The notes below the pieces were generated by a model. It was given only the letters and a program-made list of their open reading frames with translations, did not search any database and had not been told where the DNA came from. From Octopus vulgaris (taxonomy: Eukaryota): a DNA stretch of 64,000 nt. A program made the position numbers and the translations under genes. This document shows positions 1 to 13,900 of this stretch, piece after piece (the stretch's first letter is position 1; every line of letters starts with the position of its first letter). The stretch spans positions 38,192,001 through 38,256,000 of the forward strand of contig OX597838.1 of the NCBI GenBank assembly GCA_951406725.2. Direction: 5' to 3'.

Positions 1-155
1 TGCACAGCTTCTAACGCTGGAGATGTACTACGGTATCAGCTGTTCACTACCAATTAAATAAAGTAACACCCCTTATTTTTCGAGCACCATCCGGATTATT
101 CGAGCGTTTCCAAGCAGTGCTGTTTTCTGCAGGTGCCCCACCCTTATTGCAGCCC

Positions 156-156
<1 letters not shown>
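1..156 (-). mobile_element. R4/Dong-clade (restriction-like endonuclease) non-LTR retrotransposon, extreme 3' fragment
   Basis: Minus strand reads GHLQKTALLGNARIIRMVLEK-stop, matching the typical LQK.xLLGTARI.R..L C-terminus of R4/Dong ORFs. The 5' truncation abuts a (TAA)n run. Confidence 0.75.
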
Positions 157-226
<70 letters not shown>

Positions 227-232
227 TTATTA

Positions 233-299
233 TTTTTTTCTTCTTTCAAATTTCCTTCCATTTCTTGCCGAATGTTTTCCCAACTCCTAGGGCAAAGAA

Positions 300-304
<5 letters not shown>
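233..304 (-). mobile_element. R4/Dong 3' UTR fragment (same family as 514-745)
   Basis: Near-identical to about 514-584 (tttcaaattt..ccatttcttgccga..ctcctagggcaaagaaactca); flanked by TAA repeats. Confidence 0.7.
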
Positions 305-369
<65 letters not shown>

Positions 370-406
370 ATAATTATTATCATTATTATCATTATTATTA
401 TTATTA

Positions 407-498
<92 letters not shown>

Positions 499-513
499 TT
501 TATTATTTTATTA

Positions 514-851
<338 letters not shown>

Positions 852-880
852 CATTATTATTATTATTATTATTATTATCA

Positions 881-1140
881 TTTTGGTTTGATTCAGGTTC
901 GGTAGGATTTATGTGGGTATCGAGTTACTACCTGCAACCTTAGGTATCCACAAGTTCTCAGCTCTCGTTCAAGCGCTTAGAACCCTCCTGATAATCCTTG
1001 CTGTCCCTAAAAGACAAACTTTCTGTAGGAGCTCTACGGGGCATTTTATTCCAATCCCCTTCAGTCACTTGTCTATATCTTTGCTTACTGTCCCCAACGC
1101 ACCAATTACAACAATTCCCCTAATCCAAATTCTTCCTATC
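881..1140 (-). mobile_element. R4/Dong 3' end, third subfamily
   Basis: Minus strand IVVIGALGTVSKDIDK*LKGIGIKCPVELLQKVCLLGTARIIRRVLSA-stop. The VIGALG and LQK..LLGTARI motifs are typical of RLE non-LTR elements. Followed by a (TAA)n tail. Confidence 0.8.
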
Positions 1141-1167
1141 TAAAAACTTTATGGGATTGTATTTTTT

Positions 1168-1548
1168 ACTCTCTCTTTTACTCTTTTACTTGTTTCAGTC
1201 ATTTGACTACGGCCAACCCCGGGACTTATTCTTTGTAAGCCTAGTACTTATTCTATCGGTCTCTTTTGCCGAACCGCTAAGTGACAGGGACGTAAACACA
1301 CCAGCATCGGTTGTCAAGCAATGCTAGGGGGACAAACACAGACACACAAACATACACACACATACATATATATATACATATATACGACAGGCTTCTTTCA
1401 GTTTCCATCTACCAAATCCACTCACAAGGCATTGGTCGACCCGGGGCTATAGCAGAAGACACTTGCTCAAGATGCCACGCAGTGGGACTGAACCCGGAAC
1501 CATGTGGTTGGTAAACAAGCTACTTACCACACAGCCACTCCTGCGCCT
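1168..1548 (-). mobile_element. tRNA-derived SINE family A (CORE-like body, internal TA/TG microsatellite, RTE-like tail)
   Basis: Head GGCGCAGGAGTGGCTGTGTGG (A box) ... GGTTCAGTCCC (B box); body gcatcttg(g/a)gcaagtgtc; tail aaatgactgaaacaagtaaaagag. More than 12 copies in the window. Confidence 0.9.
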
Positions 1549-1809
1549 ATATTTTTCGTCCACTTCATTTACGATCCAGGGATCAAATCATTATTACTCG
1601 CAATAAAGTACCAGTTAAGAACAGGGATCAATTTATTCGACTCTAGCTACTTCCTGAGGCCTTCTACTGCATCCATTTGTGCACTTCCGTTTCCTTAATC
1701 TACGTGCATCTGTCTGTGTCTTAATTTTTGTGAGCGATGGAAAAATACAGACTACTTTAAACGGCATCATTTTGTTTTGCTGTGGTTTATTTGTTATTTC
1801 TTGCATCAT

Positions 1810-2190
1810 AGGCGCAGACGTGGCTGTGTGTTAAGTAGCTTGCTTACCAACCACATGGTTCCGGGTTCAGTCCCACTGCGTGGCATCTTGGGCAAGTTTC
1901 TTCTGCTATAGCCCCGGGTCGACCAATGCCTTGTGAGTGGATTTGGTAGACGGAAACTGAAAGAAGCCTGTCGTATATATGTATATATATATGTATGTGT
2001 GTGTATGTTTGTGTGTCTGTGTTTGTCCCCCTAGCATTGCTTGACAGCCGATGCTGGTGTGTTTACGTCCCCGTCGCTTAGCGGTTCGGCAAAGAGACCG
2101 GTAGAATAAGTACTGGGCTTACAAAAGAATAAGTCCCAGGGTCGACTTGCTCGATTAAATGACTGAAACAAGTAAAAGAGTATAAAGAGT
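1810..2190 (+). mobile_element. SINE family A
   Basis: Same head, body and tail as 1168-1548. Confidence 0.9.
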
Positions 2191-2795
2191 ATATTACAAT
2201 TTGCTCTTTTGTGTGTTAGATATAAGGTGAATTGCATGATTTTATTGGATATTAATCTTCTAGGAGTATATGGAGAGTGAGCATTTTCGTGTATTTATTA
2301 TGTGTGTATGTGTGTGTATTGTGAGACGATTGTTCTATATGAGCTGTTCTTCTGAATCGATAATATCTAACGCAGGAAATGGACTGCTCCTAGTTGAACT
2401 TTTTTTTTTTACTATAGAATTGGCTTCGATGTTTTTGTTAATTTTTTGTTATATCTAATGTTTCATGCATTATTCGTATCATTTAAACTTTTACGACCCG
2501 AACCTAAATATTTCGATTTATCAGACCCAATGTTCCATATGTGTTATTCCTACCATTTCAACTTTTATAACACACATCTAAATATTTCGATTTCACGATC
2601 CGCATATTTCTGATGAATTTTCCACCTAATGTAATGCAATATTTTGATCAAAAGGGATTGGGATATCAGTCAATGCGTGTCCCCCCCCCCGGAATCTTTA
2701 TCAAAATATCTGATTGGTTTATATCGACGGCTTTGTCAGTTTTGGATAGGCATATCCCTGATGATGGTGACCAGGTCGTTGTCATGTATATTGTT

Positions 2796-3208
2796 GGCGA
2801 GCTGGCAGAATCGTTAGCACGCCGGGTGAAATGCTTAGCGGTATTTCGTCTGCCGCTACGCTCTGAGTTCAAATTCCGCCGAGGTTGACTTTGCTTTTCA
2901 TCCTTTCGGGGTCGATTAAATAAGTACCAGTTACGCACTGGGGTCGATGTAATCGATTTAATACCTATGTCTGTCCTTGTTTGTCCCCTTTGTGTTTAGC
3001 CCTTGTGGGTAATAAAGAAATAGGTATTTCGTCTGCCGCTACGCTCTGAGTTCAAATTCCGCCGAGGTCGACTTTGCCTTTTATCCTTTCGGGGTCGATT
3101 AAATAAGTACCAGTTACGCACTGGGGTCGATATAATCGACTTAATCCGTTTGTCTGTCCTTGTTTGTCCCTTCTGTGTTTAAGCCCCTTGTGAATAGCAA
3201 AGAAATAA
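2796..3208 (+). mobile_element. tRNA-derived SINE family B with tandem partial duplication
   Basis: Head ggcgagctggcagaatcgttag, B box gagttcaaattcc, central block gactttgcctttcatcctttcggggtcgat..aagtaccag. The body is repeated (about 2840-3022 and 3023-3208). Confidence 0.85.
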
Positions 3209-3266
3209 GTTACATATTTATATCCCTTCTTGCCTGTAGTAACTAATTAAACATATCTGCCCCACA

Positions 3267-3473
3267 ATGGGATCTTACCTAGTAGAAAGACTTCGTCAAC
3301 TTGAAATGATAGAGCGTGATATGGTTACAGCAATTCGTAGCTCAGGTCAAGCTCTGCAAGAACTCTCCAAAGACAAACCACGCACGAAGCAAGTAGAAAG
3401 TCAGACTACGAGCTTCATTAAAACTCTTGAAAGTGATGAGATTGGACTTACAAAGCAGATCAACTGTCTCACA
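3267..3473 (+). pseudogene. MED11: Truncated Mediator subunit 11 copy (N-terminal ~69 codons)
   Basis: ERLRQLEMIERDMVTAIRSSGQALQELSKDK...QTTSFIKTLESDEIGLTKQINCLT aligns by eye with metazoan MED11 (ERL..LE.IE..I...L..AG..L.ELSK.K ... F...L..VE..L..QI.YLTQ). It has substitutions at conserved V and Y, lacks the C-terminal VSTGQPHEGS half, and runs directly into antisense R4/Dong sequence. Confidence 0.8.
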
Positions 3474-3830
3474 TCGTGGTTTTGGCATATTTCCTCTGTG
3501 TAAATAGGTGCCCATTTAACCATACCTGTGTATATAATCAGATTTACCAATGACTAGGCATCCAGAGATGATGTGGTCAATTGTCTCTCTCTCTATTGGC
3601 TGCATATTCGGCATTTTGTGCTACTATTCTGTTTCGTAGATTAGCACTTAAAACTGCCGGTTGCCAGGCATTGGTTTGTGCAGACAGAATCAGTTTTTCC
3701 GTTTCTGATTTTTGTCCAGAGCTTTTAAGCCATTGTTGGCCTGCGCTTTGTCTCACTTCCTCTCTATCGAACTTTACAGGGTACGGAACAGGGAGTGGGG
3801 TTTTTTTCACTCCATTTTTCTTGTTTAGTA
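3474..3830 (-). mobile_element. R4/Dong non-LTR fragment (thumb end plus CCHC zinc knuckle), decayed
   Basis: Minus strand QQWLKSSGQKSETEKLILSAQ, then after frameshifts KCRICSQ..ETIDHIISGC....DYIHR...MGTYLH..ICQNH. Confidence 0.8.
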
Positions 3831-4132
3831 TACTTTACAATTCTGTTTCCAAGTTGTTTTTTGTCTGTTTTACCAGCCTTTCTTGTGTTGTCATCTGAAT
3901 TTATTGTTTTAGTGTTGTTCCTCTTTTGTGCTTTGTCACATTATTGTGTAGAAAGAAATGTATTTTCGTTATTTCGTGTTTCTTTCTTGCATTCATCGCT
4001 TCCATTTTTCCCACCTCCTCCATATCTTCGACTTCTCCTTACTCTTCTTCTTCGATCTTTTCATTTCTCTTCTTCTATGCCTTGATCCTCAAACACATTT
4101 TTCACCAACATCCCATATCCTCTTCCTTTTCA

Positions 4133-4133
4133 T

Positions 4134-4192
<59 letters not shown>

Positions 4193-4322
4193 GCTACAAC
4201 TACTACTACTACTACTACTGCTAATGCTACAACTACTACTACTACTACTACTGCTACTACTACCACTGCTACTACTACTACTACTGCTACTGCTACTACC
4301 ACTACTACCAATACTAATACTG

Positions 4323-4357
<35 letters not shown>

Positions 4358-4463
4358 GCTACTGCTACTGCTGCTACTGCTGCTACTACTACAACTACTA
4401 CTACTACTACTACTACTACTAATACTACTACTACTGCTGCTGCTACTACTACTACTACTGCTG

Positions 4464-4501
<38 letters not shown>
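4133..4501. repeat. (TAC/TGC)n microsatellite
   Basis: Direct inspection; a second tract lies at 7024-7120. Confidence 0.95.
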
Positions 4502-4502
<1 letters not shown>

Positions 4503-4845
4503 TCACATTTCTATTCTCATATTCCTAATCAATACATCATATCTACGTACCGAGTCTGCTTTTATCCTCTTCCTATTTGTCTCGTCATATATTATTCCCT
4601 TTCTTCTTCTCTACTCCTCCTCCTCCTCCTCCTCCTCCTCCCTTCTTCCGCCTCCTTCCTTCGTCTACTCTTCCTCTGGACATCATGACAGTCCTTCTAA
4701 GGACATCGTCAGTCTGGGTTGACTATGTCTACATTTCTATGCACAGGATTGGGCAGCGTTCTCGTTCGTTTCTTTTCTCTTTTGCAGAGTAATTTTGTTG
4801 CCATGCCGTCCAAGAGGATGGTTTAAGAAGACTGACAGCTTTGCG

Positions 4846-5061
4846 ATACTCTTTTACATGTTTCAGTCATTTGACTGCGGCCATGCTGGAGCACCGCCTT
4901 TAGTCGAGCAACTCGACCCCGGGACTTATTCTTTGTACGTAAGCCTAGTACTTATTCTATCGGTCTCTTTTGCCGAACCGCTAAGTGACGGGGACGTAAA
5001 CACACCAGCATCGGTTGTCAAGCAATGCTAGGGGGACAAACACAGACACACAAACACACAC

Positions 5062-5092
<31 letters not shown>

Positions 5093-5264
5093 CATGTATA
5101 CGACAGGCTTCTTTCACTTTCCGTCTACCAAATCCACTCACAAGGCATTGGTCGGCCCGAGGCTATAACAGAAGACACTTGCCCAAGATGCCACGCAGTG
5201 GGACTGAACCCGGAACCATGTGGTTGGTAAGCAAGCTACTTACCACACAGCCACTCCTGCGCCT
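4846..5264 (-). mobile_element. SINE family A
   Basis: Full-length copy. Confidence 0.9.
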
Positions 5265-5586
5265 ATAGTATCTGAAAACTGCGCACGAGGACTGGCAGTT
5301 TTGCGATGCTGTCTAAGCGATCGTCCACGAGGAACAGCAAGATGACTTGAAGTCTTGTAATACTCTCCAAGGAAAAGGTAATTGCTGTAGGGTCGATACA
5401 GCGTGACACCAGTGTTGTCTCGGGCGTTGCTGTCCTAAAGAAAGGCGTCGCTGAAATAAATAACTCAGGGCATCTCGTCCGATCCTCCAACAGTCCTGGA
5501 TTGGAACTTTTATATCGCACCCGAAAAGACGAAAGGAAATGTCAACCTAAGCGGGATTTGAACTCAGAGAGCACACACCCTGATAC

Positions 5587-5634
<48 letters not shown>

Positions 5635-5662
5635 TAACAACAACAGCAACAACAACAACAAC

Positions 5663-5739
<77 letters not shown>

Positions 5740-6169
5740 TAATAATAATAACAATTTTGGCACGAGTGCAGTAATTTCGTGGAAGAGGCTAAGTCGTTTA
5801 CATCGACCCCCATACTCAACTGGTACATATTCTATCGACCCCCGAAAGAATGAAAGACAAAACTCACCTTGATACAGAGAGCATACACCTTGATACTGCC
5901 AATCCTCTGTCAAGTCACCAACGTAACAAGCCTAAAGTAAAACAAAAACCAAAATTAATAAACGACAAATTCATTAACCCCGTATCTGCAATCAGACATT
6001 TCGCAACGTCTATTTATTAGTTGATAGCACAAATCCAATCATTTCTCTTGTATATAGCTGAAAGTCGAGGCTCTTAGTCATGAAAAAAACCAGTCAGGTA
6101 GACGTATGCAAGACTTTATAACACAGCAATTTATAAAACTGGGTGGCCGAGCTCTCCAGCAAGAATATA

Positions 6170-6480
6170 TACTCTTTTACTCTTATACTTGTTTCAGTCA
6201 TTTGACTGCGGCCATGCTGGAGCACCGCCTTTAGTCGAGCAAATCGACCCCCGGGACTTATTCTTTGTAAGCCCAGTACTTATTCTATCGGTCTCTTTTT
6301 TGCCGAACCGTTAAGTGACGGGGACGTAAACACACCAGCATCGGTTGTCAAGCAATGCTAGGGGGACAAACACAGACACACAAACATATACACACACACT
6401 TATATACATATACGTATATACGACAGGCTTCTTTCAGTTTCCGTCTACCAAATCCACTCACAAGGCATTGGTCGGCCCGG
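6170..6480 (-). mobile_element. SINE family A, 5'-truncated
   Basis: Tail and body match; the head is missing. Confidence 0.85.
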
Positions 6481-6496
6481 AGCTGATTTCGATAAT

Positions 6497-6706
6497 GATT
6501 TCAAATTTTGGTACAACGTGAGAAATTCCAAGGTAGCGGGCATGTCAATTGCATCGACCACCATTGCTCAACTGGTACTTAATTTATCAACCCCGAAAGG
6601 ATGAAAGGCAAAGTTGACCTCGGCGGAATTTGAACTCAGAACTAAAGGCACGAAATGCCGCTAAGCATTCTGCCCGGCTGTCCTAACGATTCTGCCAGCT
6701 CACCGC
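6497..6706 (-). mobile_element. SINE family B
   Basis: Reverse complement of the family B head and central block. Confidence 0.8.
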
Positions 6707-7023
6707 GTTGCTTGCTTTTTATAATATCATGTTTTGAATAGTCCATTGTCTAGGTTATCTCATTTCTTTTTGTATGACCGTTGACCTTCAGTGGTAAGGA
6801 ATGCCGAGTCCAATTCATAAGATTTCTCTCTTAGAATCCAATTCAGACTACACACAACCCTCACATTATTCACGAACCTAACACACACTGGCGCATTATT
6901 TTCGCAACAAAATTGTTTTCACGTGTACCATACTAATCTTCGCCGACATGAGTAAAGATTTCTATACCATTTTTTGCTAAATATTTACACACGCACAACA
7001 TCCCATATCCTCATCCTTTTCAT

Positions 7024-7079
<56 letters not shown>

Positions 7080-8392
7080 GCTGCTGCTACTGCTACTGCT
7101 ACTACTACTGCTACTACTACATAATGCTTAAATATTAGTTTATGAAACGACGCAAAACGCTGTGTTGTAAATTAACTGACTGATTGTCAAGCCTAGGTAA
7201 GGTACCTGAAGAACACTTGAAGAAGATTCGATTTACTAAAGAAAATAGCACTGAGGTTCATCCTCTCACCTACACTACGCCTATAAGTTCGTTCAACACC
7301 TCCAGAAAAGATACATTCAACATTGTTGACAGATAATGTTGCACTTAGAACAGCCACTAATCTCAAGACACCGCCTACGCAACTTCTTCAGCCTACAAGA
7401 AACACCTCGAAAAAAACAACAACGAAACCCGCGCAACAAAAGAAAAAGCTAACGAGAAAAGAAATTTGTCGCGGTTTCTCGACCTACTACCAACTGCAAC
7501 CGAATTCCCTTACATCACACGTTGCTGTATGATAGAAGTGAGTATACCATTGAGCAATGTTATCGTAGATATTAAAAAACAAGGTGTGTCTACACAGGAT
7601 GATATCAGTACAATTGGAACAACTTTTAACAACAATACCTACAACAACATGGTGAACACAAACTACAGCAGCAACAACAACACTAACACACCAATAATTC
7701 CATCACCCAAAACAGTGACAACCTTCAACCTCCGGTCACAAACAACGACGTTAACATAAATTCCAGCAATAACAACACCAAGACAACCGCCACAAATAAC
7801 ACGAAAATCAACAGCACCAACACAAACACCAACCACTAGCCATACCATCAAAATCCCCAACTCCAACACTACCACCGGCACCAACACGTTCGCTAACATC
7901 AACACTAGTACTACCACAAACGCCGACGCAACCACAACTGCACCAACAGTATCAACACAACATCACCACAACTACAATAAGACAATACCAACAACGACAA
8001 TAGCAAAAACACTAATACAAACAGCAAAACCAACACCACAAAACAATGCTAAGACGACCACCATAACGACAACTACCAATACTACCATTTCATTTCGCTC
8101 AGTTCACCAGTGTCACTACTTAACGCTGGTGCTTTCCCACTTCTCGTCCTCCTCTCATACATTCTCCACTTCCTTCATCTAAGTACTTGCAACGACGCTT
8201 ACAACGCCCTTTCATCATATTTGTTTATGATAACTAACTAAACCCGTTCTCTGTCTTTCCATTCCTCCTATGCTATTATCACTGCCGCGTCCCAATCATC
8301 ATCCAACTCCTCCAACGTCGACATCAAAGACGATTCAAACAATGTCTTTGCCTTTACGAAAACTGTTCAAAGAAGCAGACGAACATTACTTA

Positions 8393-8434
<42 letters not shown>

Positions 8435-8454
8435 TCCCTATGTGTTTGTAATTC

Positions 8455-8465
8455 TATCCATCTAA

Positions 8466-8529
<64 letters not shown>

Positions 8530-8566
8530 ATCTATCTATCTATCTATCTATCTATCTACCTGTCAG

Positions 8567-8631
<65 letters not shown>

Positions 8632-8635
8632 ATAT

Positions 8636-8668
<33 letters not shown>

Positions 8669-8670
8669 AA

Positions 8671-8734
<64 letters not shown>

Positions 8735-8810
8735 CATCATTCTATTTATCTATCTATATCTATCTATCTATCTATCTATTTATCTATCTAACTATCTATC
8801 TGTCTATCTA
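8455..8810. repeat. (TATC)n microsatellite
   Basis: Direct inspection. Confidence 0.95.
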
Positions 8811-8999
8811 TCTCTTAAATTATGTATTGCTCTATATCAATTTGATAGATCCCTCTGTTTATTCATAAAGACGCACAAACAGGTGCGTGCGTATGTGTGC
8901 TATATATATATGAATGTGCCCAATATGGATACATACTAATATCTATACAGAAACCGATCTATCTATTCATATAGCAATGTCTGGGCAGCAATATATTTA

Positions 9000-9013
9000 T
9001 GTACGTATGTATG

Positions 9014-9047
<34 letters not shown>

Positions 9048-9097
9048 TGTATGCATGCATGCATGTATGCATGCATGCATGTATGTATGTATGTATG

Positions 9098-9159
<62 letters not shown>

Positions 9160-9481
9160 TATATGTATGTATGTATGTATGCATGCATGTATGTATGTAT
9201 GTATGTATGTATGTATGTATGCATGCATGTATGTATGCATGCATGTATGTATGTATGTATGTATGTATGTATGTATGTATGTATGTATGTATGTATGCAT
9301 GCATGTATGTATGCATGCATGTATGTATGCATGCATGTATGTATGTATGTATGTATATATGTATGTACGTATGTATGTATGTATATATGTATGTATGTAT
9401 GTATATATGTATGTATGTATGTATGCATGCATGTATGTATGCATGCATGTATGTATGTATGTATGTACCTATGTATGTATG

Positions 9482-9515
<34 letters not shown>

Positions 9516-9645
9516 TGTATGTATGTATGTATGTATGTATGTATGTATGTATGTATGTATGTATGTATGTATGTATGTATGTATGTATGTATGTATGTAT
9601 GTATGTATGTGTGCGTGTGTATGTATGTATGTATGTATGTATGTG
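9000..9645. repeat. (TATG)n microsatellite with interspersed GCAT/ATAT variants
   Basis: Direct inspection; this run produces the long MYVC ORFs. Confidence 0.95.
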
Positions 9646-9677
9646 TGTTTGTATTTATGATTCTATCTATCTATCTA

Positions 9678-9710
<33 letters not shown>

Positions 9711-9993
9711 ATCTATCTGACTTTATATCTATCTATATCTAATTTATCTGTTATCTATAAATCATTATCTCTCATTTTCATCATCTCTTTCTTTCGTTTC
9801 CATCCCCACTCACTCTCGCCCCCTCGCCATCAACTAACTCCCTCCCTCTCTCTTTTTGCTCTCTCTCTCTCTCTCTTGCTATTTATACACACATCTACCC
9901 CCACACACAAACCTATATATCGATTTAATCTTTCGCCTTTCTTCTTTCTGTCTGCCTATCCATTCAACTGTTTATTTGTCTATATTTGTCTGC

Positions 9994-10028
<35 letters not shown>

Positions 10029-10058
10029 TATAAATATATATATATGTTTATGTGTCTA

Positions 10059-10134
<76 letters not shown>

Positions 10135-10210
10135 CATATATATACTGTCAATGTCAAGTCTACGTATCCATTCAGTTATTTATTCATTTGTCTCATTTAC
10201 TATTTACCTA

Positions 10211-10246
<36 letters not shown>

Positions 10247-10808
10247 GAGAGAGAGAGAGATTATTACGGGCCTATATATTGAATATATACGTATATGTGT
10301 ACATATAGATATATATATATGTGTGTATATACATATATATATATACATACATACATACATGCATGCATACATACACACGTTTATATATGCATCTCAAAAC
10401 ACTAACTCACACACACGTACATTCATGCTAACACCTATCCAATTATCTATTTATACGATGTTTGCGAGTAGCATTTTTATATCTTTGTTTATCGGTTAAC
10501 TTATTTTTGTGTTTGTCATAGCTTCAAATGGATACGCATGCGCTGAAAGAAGAGACGAAACATCCTTTACACAAACACAGAGAAGCACAGAGAAAAAGGC
10601 GTAGAAAAGACAGTGGACGTGGAGTGAGTGAGGGGAAATAAGGTAGGAGGATAAAGAGAGATACACGAGGATGCGCCATATTAGATAGACATATAGATAG
10701 ATATATCAACGTAATGACTGAAAGAGAAATAAAGGTACGTACACAATGAGGGAGGGAGGAAGAGGCGGAGTGGGAGATGAAAGATAAAGAAGAGAGAGTC
10801 GGAGAGAG

Positions 10809-10887
<79 letters not shown>

Positions 10888-11185
10888 AAGAGAGAGGGGG
10901 GAAGAGAGAATGCAGCCAATGGTTAGGAAACCATTATAGCCTATAGAAATATCTAATAACGGATAGAACAATGTGTTGAGTCGAAGTTATTAAATCCTTC
11001 ACCTAGACACATTATTTCATCCATTATATATAACACATACAATAGATGTAGTAAAATGATGTACGTACACACGTGTACACACACACACACACATATTTCT
11101 CTATATATATACGTGTGAAAGTTTGTGTATATACTTATATAAATATATATCTATGTGGATTAATATATATATATATATGTATATA

Positions 11186-11223
<38 letters not shown>

Positions 11224-11281
11224 TAGATAGATAGATAGATAGATAGATTGATGTGTATGTATCTATGTGTGTGTTTGTGAA

Positions 11282-11596
11282 GGGATGTGGCTTAGTGGTT
11301 AGGGCATTCAACTCACGATAGTAAGTTCGTGAGTTCAATTCCCGGCGACGCGTTGAGTCCTTGAGCAAGACACTATATTTCACGTTGCTCCAGTCCACTC
11401 AGCTGGTGAAAATGAGTTGTACCTGTATTTCAAAGGGCCAGCCTTGTCACACTCTGTGTCACGCTGAATCTCCATGAGAACTACGTTAAGGGTACACGTG
11501 CCTGTGGAGTGCTCAGCTACTTACACGTTAGTTTCAAGCTATTCCGTTGATCAGGTCAACTGGGACTCTCGTCGTCGTAACCGACGGAGTGCTCCA
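11282..11596 (+). mobile_element. tRNA-derived SINE family C
   Basis: A box TGGCTTAGTGG, B box gagttcaattcc, block gtccttgagcaagacact, tail ctcgtcgtcgtaaccgacggagtgctcc. Related copies at 28500-28806 (-) and a head at 45326-45450. Confidence 0.85.
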
Positions 11597-11637
11597 TATC
11601 TGTATGTATGTATGTATGTATGTATGTATGTATGTAT

Positions 11638-11668
<31 letters not shown>

Positions 11669-11669
11669 T

Positions 11670-11753
<84 letters not shown>

Positions 11754-12870
11754 GTTTCTTTATTGGCCACACAGGGCTGCACACAGATGTGACAAGTTAC
11801 AAGGTAGAGCTTTTCTTTTGGGGGATGAAGAGAACAAAAAACAAAAGAAATAAAAAGGGGGTGGCGTAGGTTTTCGATCAAGAGGGATCGTAAAAGGGAA
11901 GAAAAGAACAAAAACAATAAAAATAAATTGAATAAAATAACAAGAATAGAAAGAAAAAAAAGAAAAGGAAAAGGAACAAAAGAAAAGAGAAATGAAAAAA
12001 GAAGAAAAAAGGGGAAAAAAAGGGGAAGAGGAAAAAAAGAACGATCAATAGGGATCGTGTATCAGTGTTATGATATATGGTGTAAAGGGGAAAGCAAGTA
12101 AGGTTTATCCGTGGGAAGAAAAGCCTACGAAAAAGACCACGGTAACCTTGGTCAATATTGTTATATGTTACCACATTTGTTTGCAAGTGGGTAACCCTCT
12201 GTTTTCAATTTCTGGGTTCATAGGATTATGCTCAAGGTGGCTTCGTCATTCATACGTGCCATCCTTGCTACATTCACCCATCTTTTTTAAAACATTCGCT
12301 AGACAAAACTTGCCTCTCTACTCTCACTTTCCTTTTCAAGTGGTACTTGAAGAAGTTGATGAGAGATTGGCCAGAGAGGAAAGTGTTTGTCTCCAATCCT
12401 TTCAGACGCGTCCACCAGATACATTCTTTCGCCATAGCCACAAGGATGATGAAAATAGCTCTTCCTTCCCGTTTAAAGGAAGGAGGCGTGACAATATTGA
12501 CGATATACTCAGCTGATAAACCGACTCGTCCCACACATGACAGCAGTTGTTCGACATAAGCCCACAGGTCGGAAATTGTTGGACACTGAACGAGTGCGTG
12601 CAGAACGGTTTCGTCGCTCTGACCGCATCTCAGGCAGGTCGGCCCCGTGTTTCTCGAGCCTTGTCTGTAGAGCTTATCCCGAACGGGTAGCGCTTCTCGG
12701 TAGCACTGCCAGGCCAGGGATCTCTGGAAGTTGTCCATGGGCCCTGGCCCGAAAGTCGTCCTGAACAGGCGGATCAGGTACTCCTCGTCGACGTCCAGGT
12801 TCGCCCCGAGCTCGTCGTCGTACCTCCCCTCCACTAAACCCCTATAGAATGCTTTGGTTGTATTGAAGTC
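11754..12870 (-). mobile_element. Tx1/L1-clade non-LTR retrotransposon, 5'-truncated (zf-RVT C-terminus plus 3' UTR)
   Basis: ORF 12274-12834 has LAWQCYREALPVRDKL...CLRCGQSDETVLHALVQC (CX2C..H...C, zf-RVT-like). The 3' end ccaataaagaaac is followed by (TATC)n, and (GATA)n flanks both sides. Confidence 0.85.
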
Positions 12871-12952
<82 letters not shown>

Positions 12953-12953
12953 T

Positions 12954-13086
<133 letters not shown>

Positions 13087-13103
13087 CAGTTAGATAGAGA
13101 GGT

Positions 13104-13164
<61 letters not shown>

Positions 13165-13429
13165 CAAATTTTGAAGTTAATACATATTTTCTTCTTTATG
13201 TCTTCTCCGGACACAACCCTGTCAGACAGTCATTGAAATTAATGCACACGTGATGCCTCCACCAGCGGTACTGAAGAGAAAAACCAACACTTCCAAGATG
13301 TTTAGCATGGCTCAGAAAATCTTGCCAGTCAGAAACAGTCAAAACAGGAAGAATATAAAAATATGCTAGGTTTATTTTGTAAAAAGCTACACAATCGCAA
13401 AACTGGCCCATATTAACATTAAAACGAAA

Positions 13430-13546
13430 CCTTTATTTGGAGAAATACCTGTTTTTGCTGTGTACATAAAAAATATTTTCGTAATAATGCTTACGAAAAT
13501 ATATTTTATGTACACAGCAAAAACAGGTATTTCTCTAAATAAAAGG
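13430..13546. repeat. Near-perfect ~117 bp palindrome
   Basis: cctttattt..gagaaatacctgtttttgctgtgtacataaaa..tattttcgtaa / ttacgaaaata..ttttatgtacacagcaaaaacaggtatttctc.aaataaaagg with a 6-nt loop. Confidence 0.85.
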
Positions 13547-13689
13547 ATTTATTCCTTGAATTTCCAGAACATGTAATTTAAGAAAATTGTATTTTATTCC
13601 ATTTTAAATGTTAACTTCGTTCACTTTAGAAAAACCAGCATGTCTTTTTTCTGTTTTTGTTTTTAGTTAATATTCCTATTATTCTAAGA

Positions 13690-13900
13690 CGGCGTGCAAG
13701 CTGTGTTGTGAGCACGCCGGGCAAAATGCTTTGCGACATTTCGTCCGACTTCACGTTCTGAGTTCAAAATCAGTCGAGGTGGAATTTGCCCTTCATCTAT
13801 TCGGGGTCGATAAAATAAATACCAGATAGACATTGGGCTTGATTTAATCAACTCAGACTCTCCTCCGAAATTGCTGGACTTGTACCAAAATTTGAAACCA
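13690..13900 (+). mobile_element. SINE family B, diverged
   Basis: gcacgccgggcaaaatgct..ctgagttcaaa..ttcggggtcgataaaataaatacca. Confidence 0.7.

Noticed and set aside
1810-1885. tRNA-like sequences as functional tRNA genes (also 11282, 17808, 38122)
   Set aside because: They have A/B boxes but no complete cloverleaf and continue into SINE bodies.
4680-5500. Possible RTE coding remnant split by SINE A
   Set aside because: Only faint motif resemblance (DDLKSCN); too decayed to call.
7300-8100. Thr/Asn-rich stretch as a mucin-like exon
   Set aside because: Frames are interrupted by stops and no splice signals stand out; more likely decayed retroelement or low-complexity DNA.
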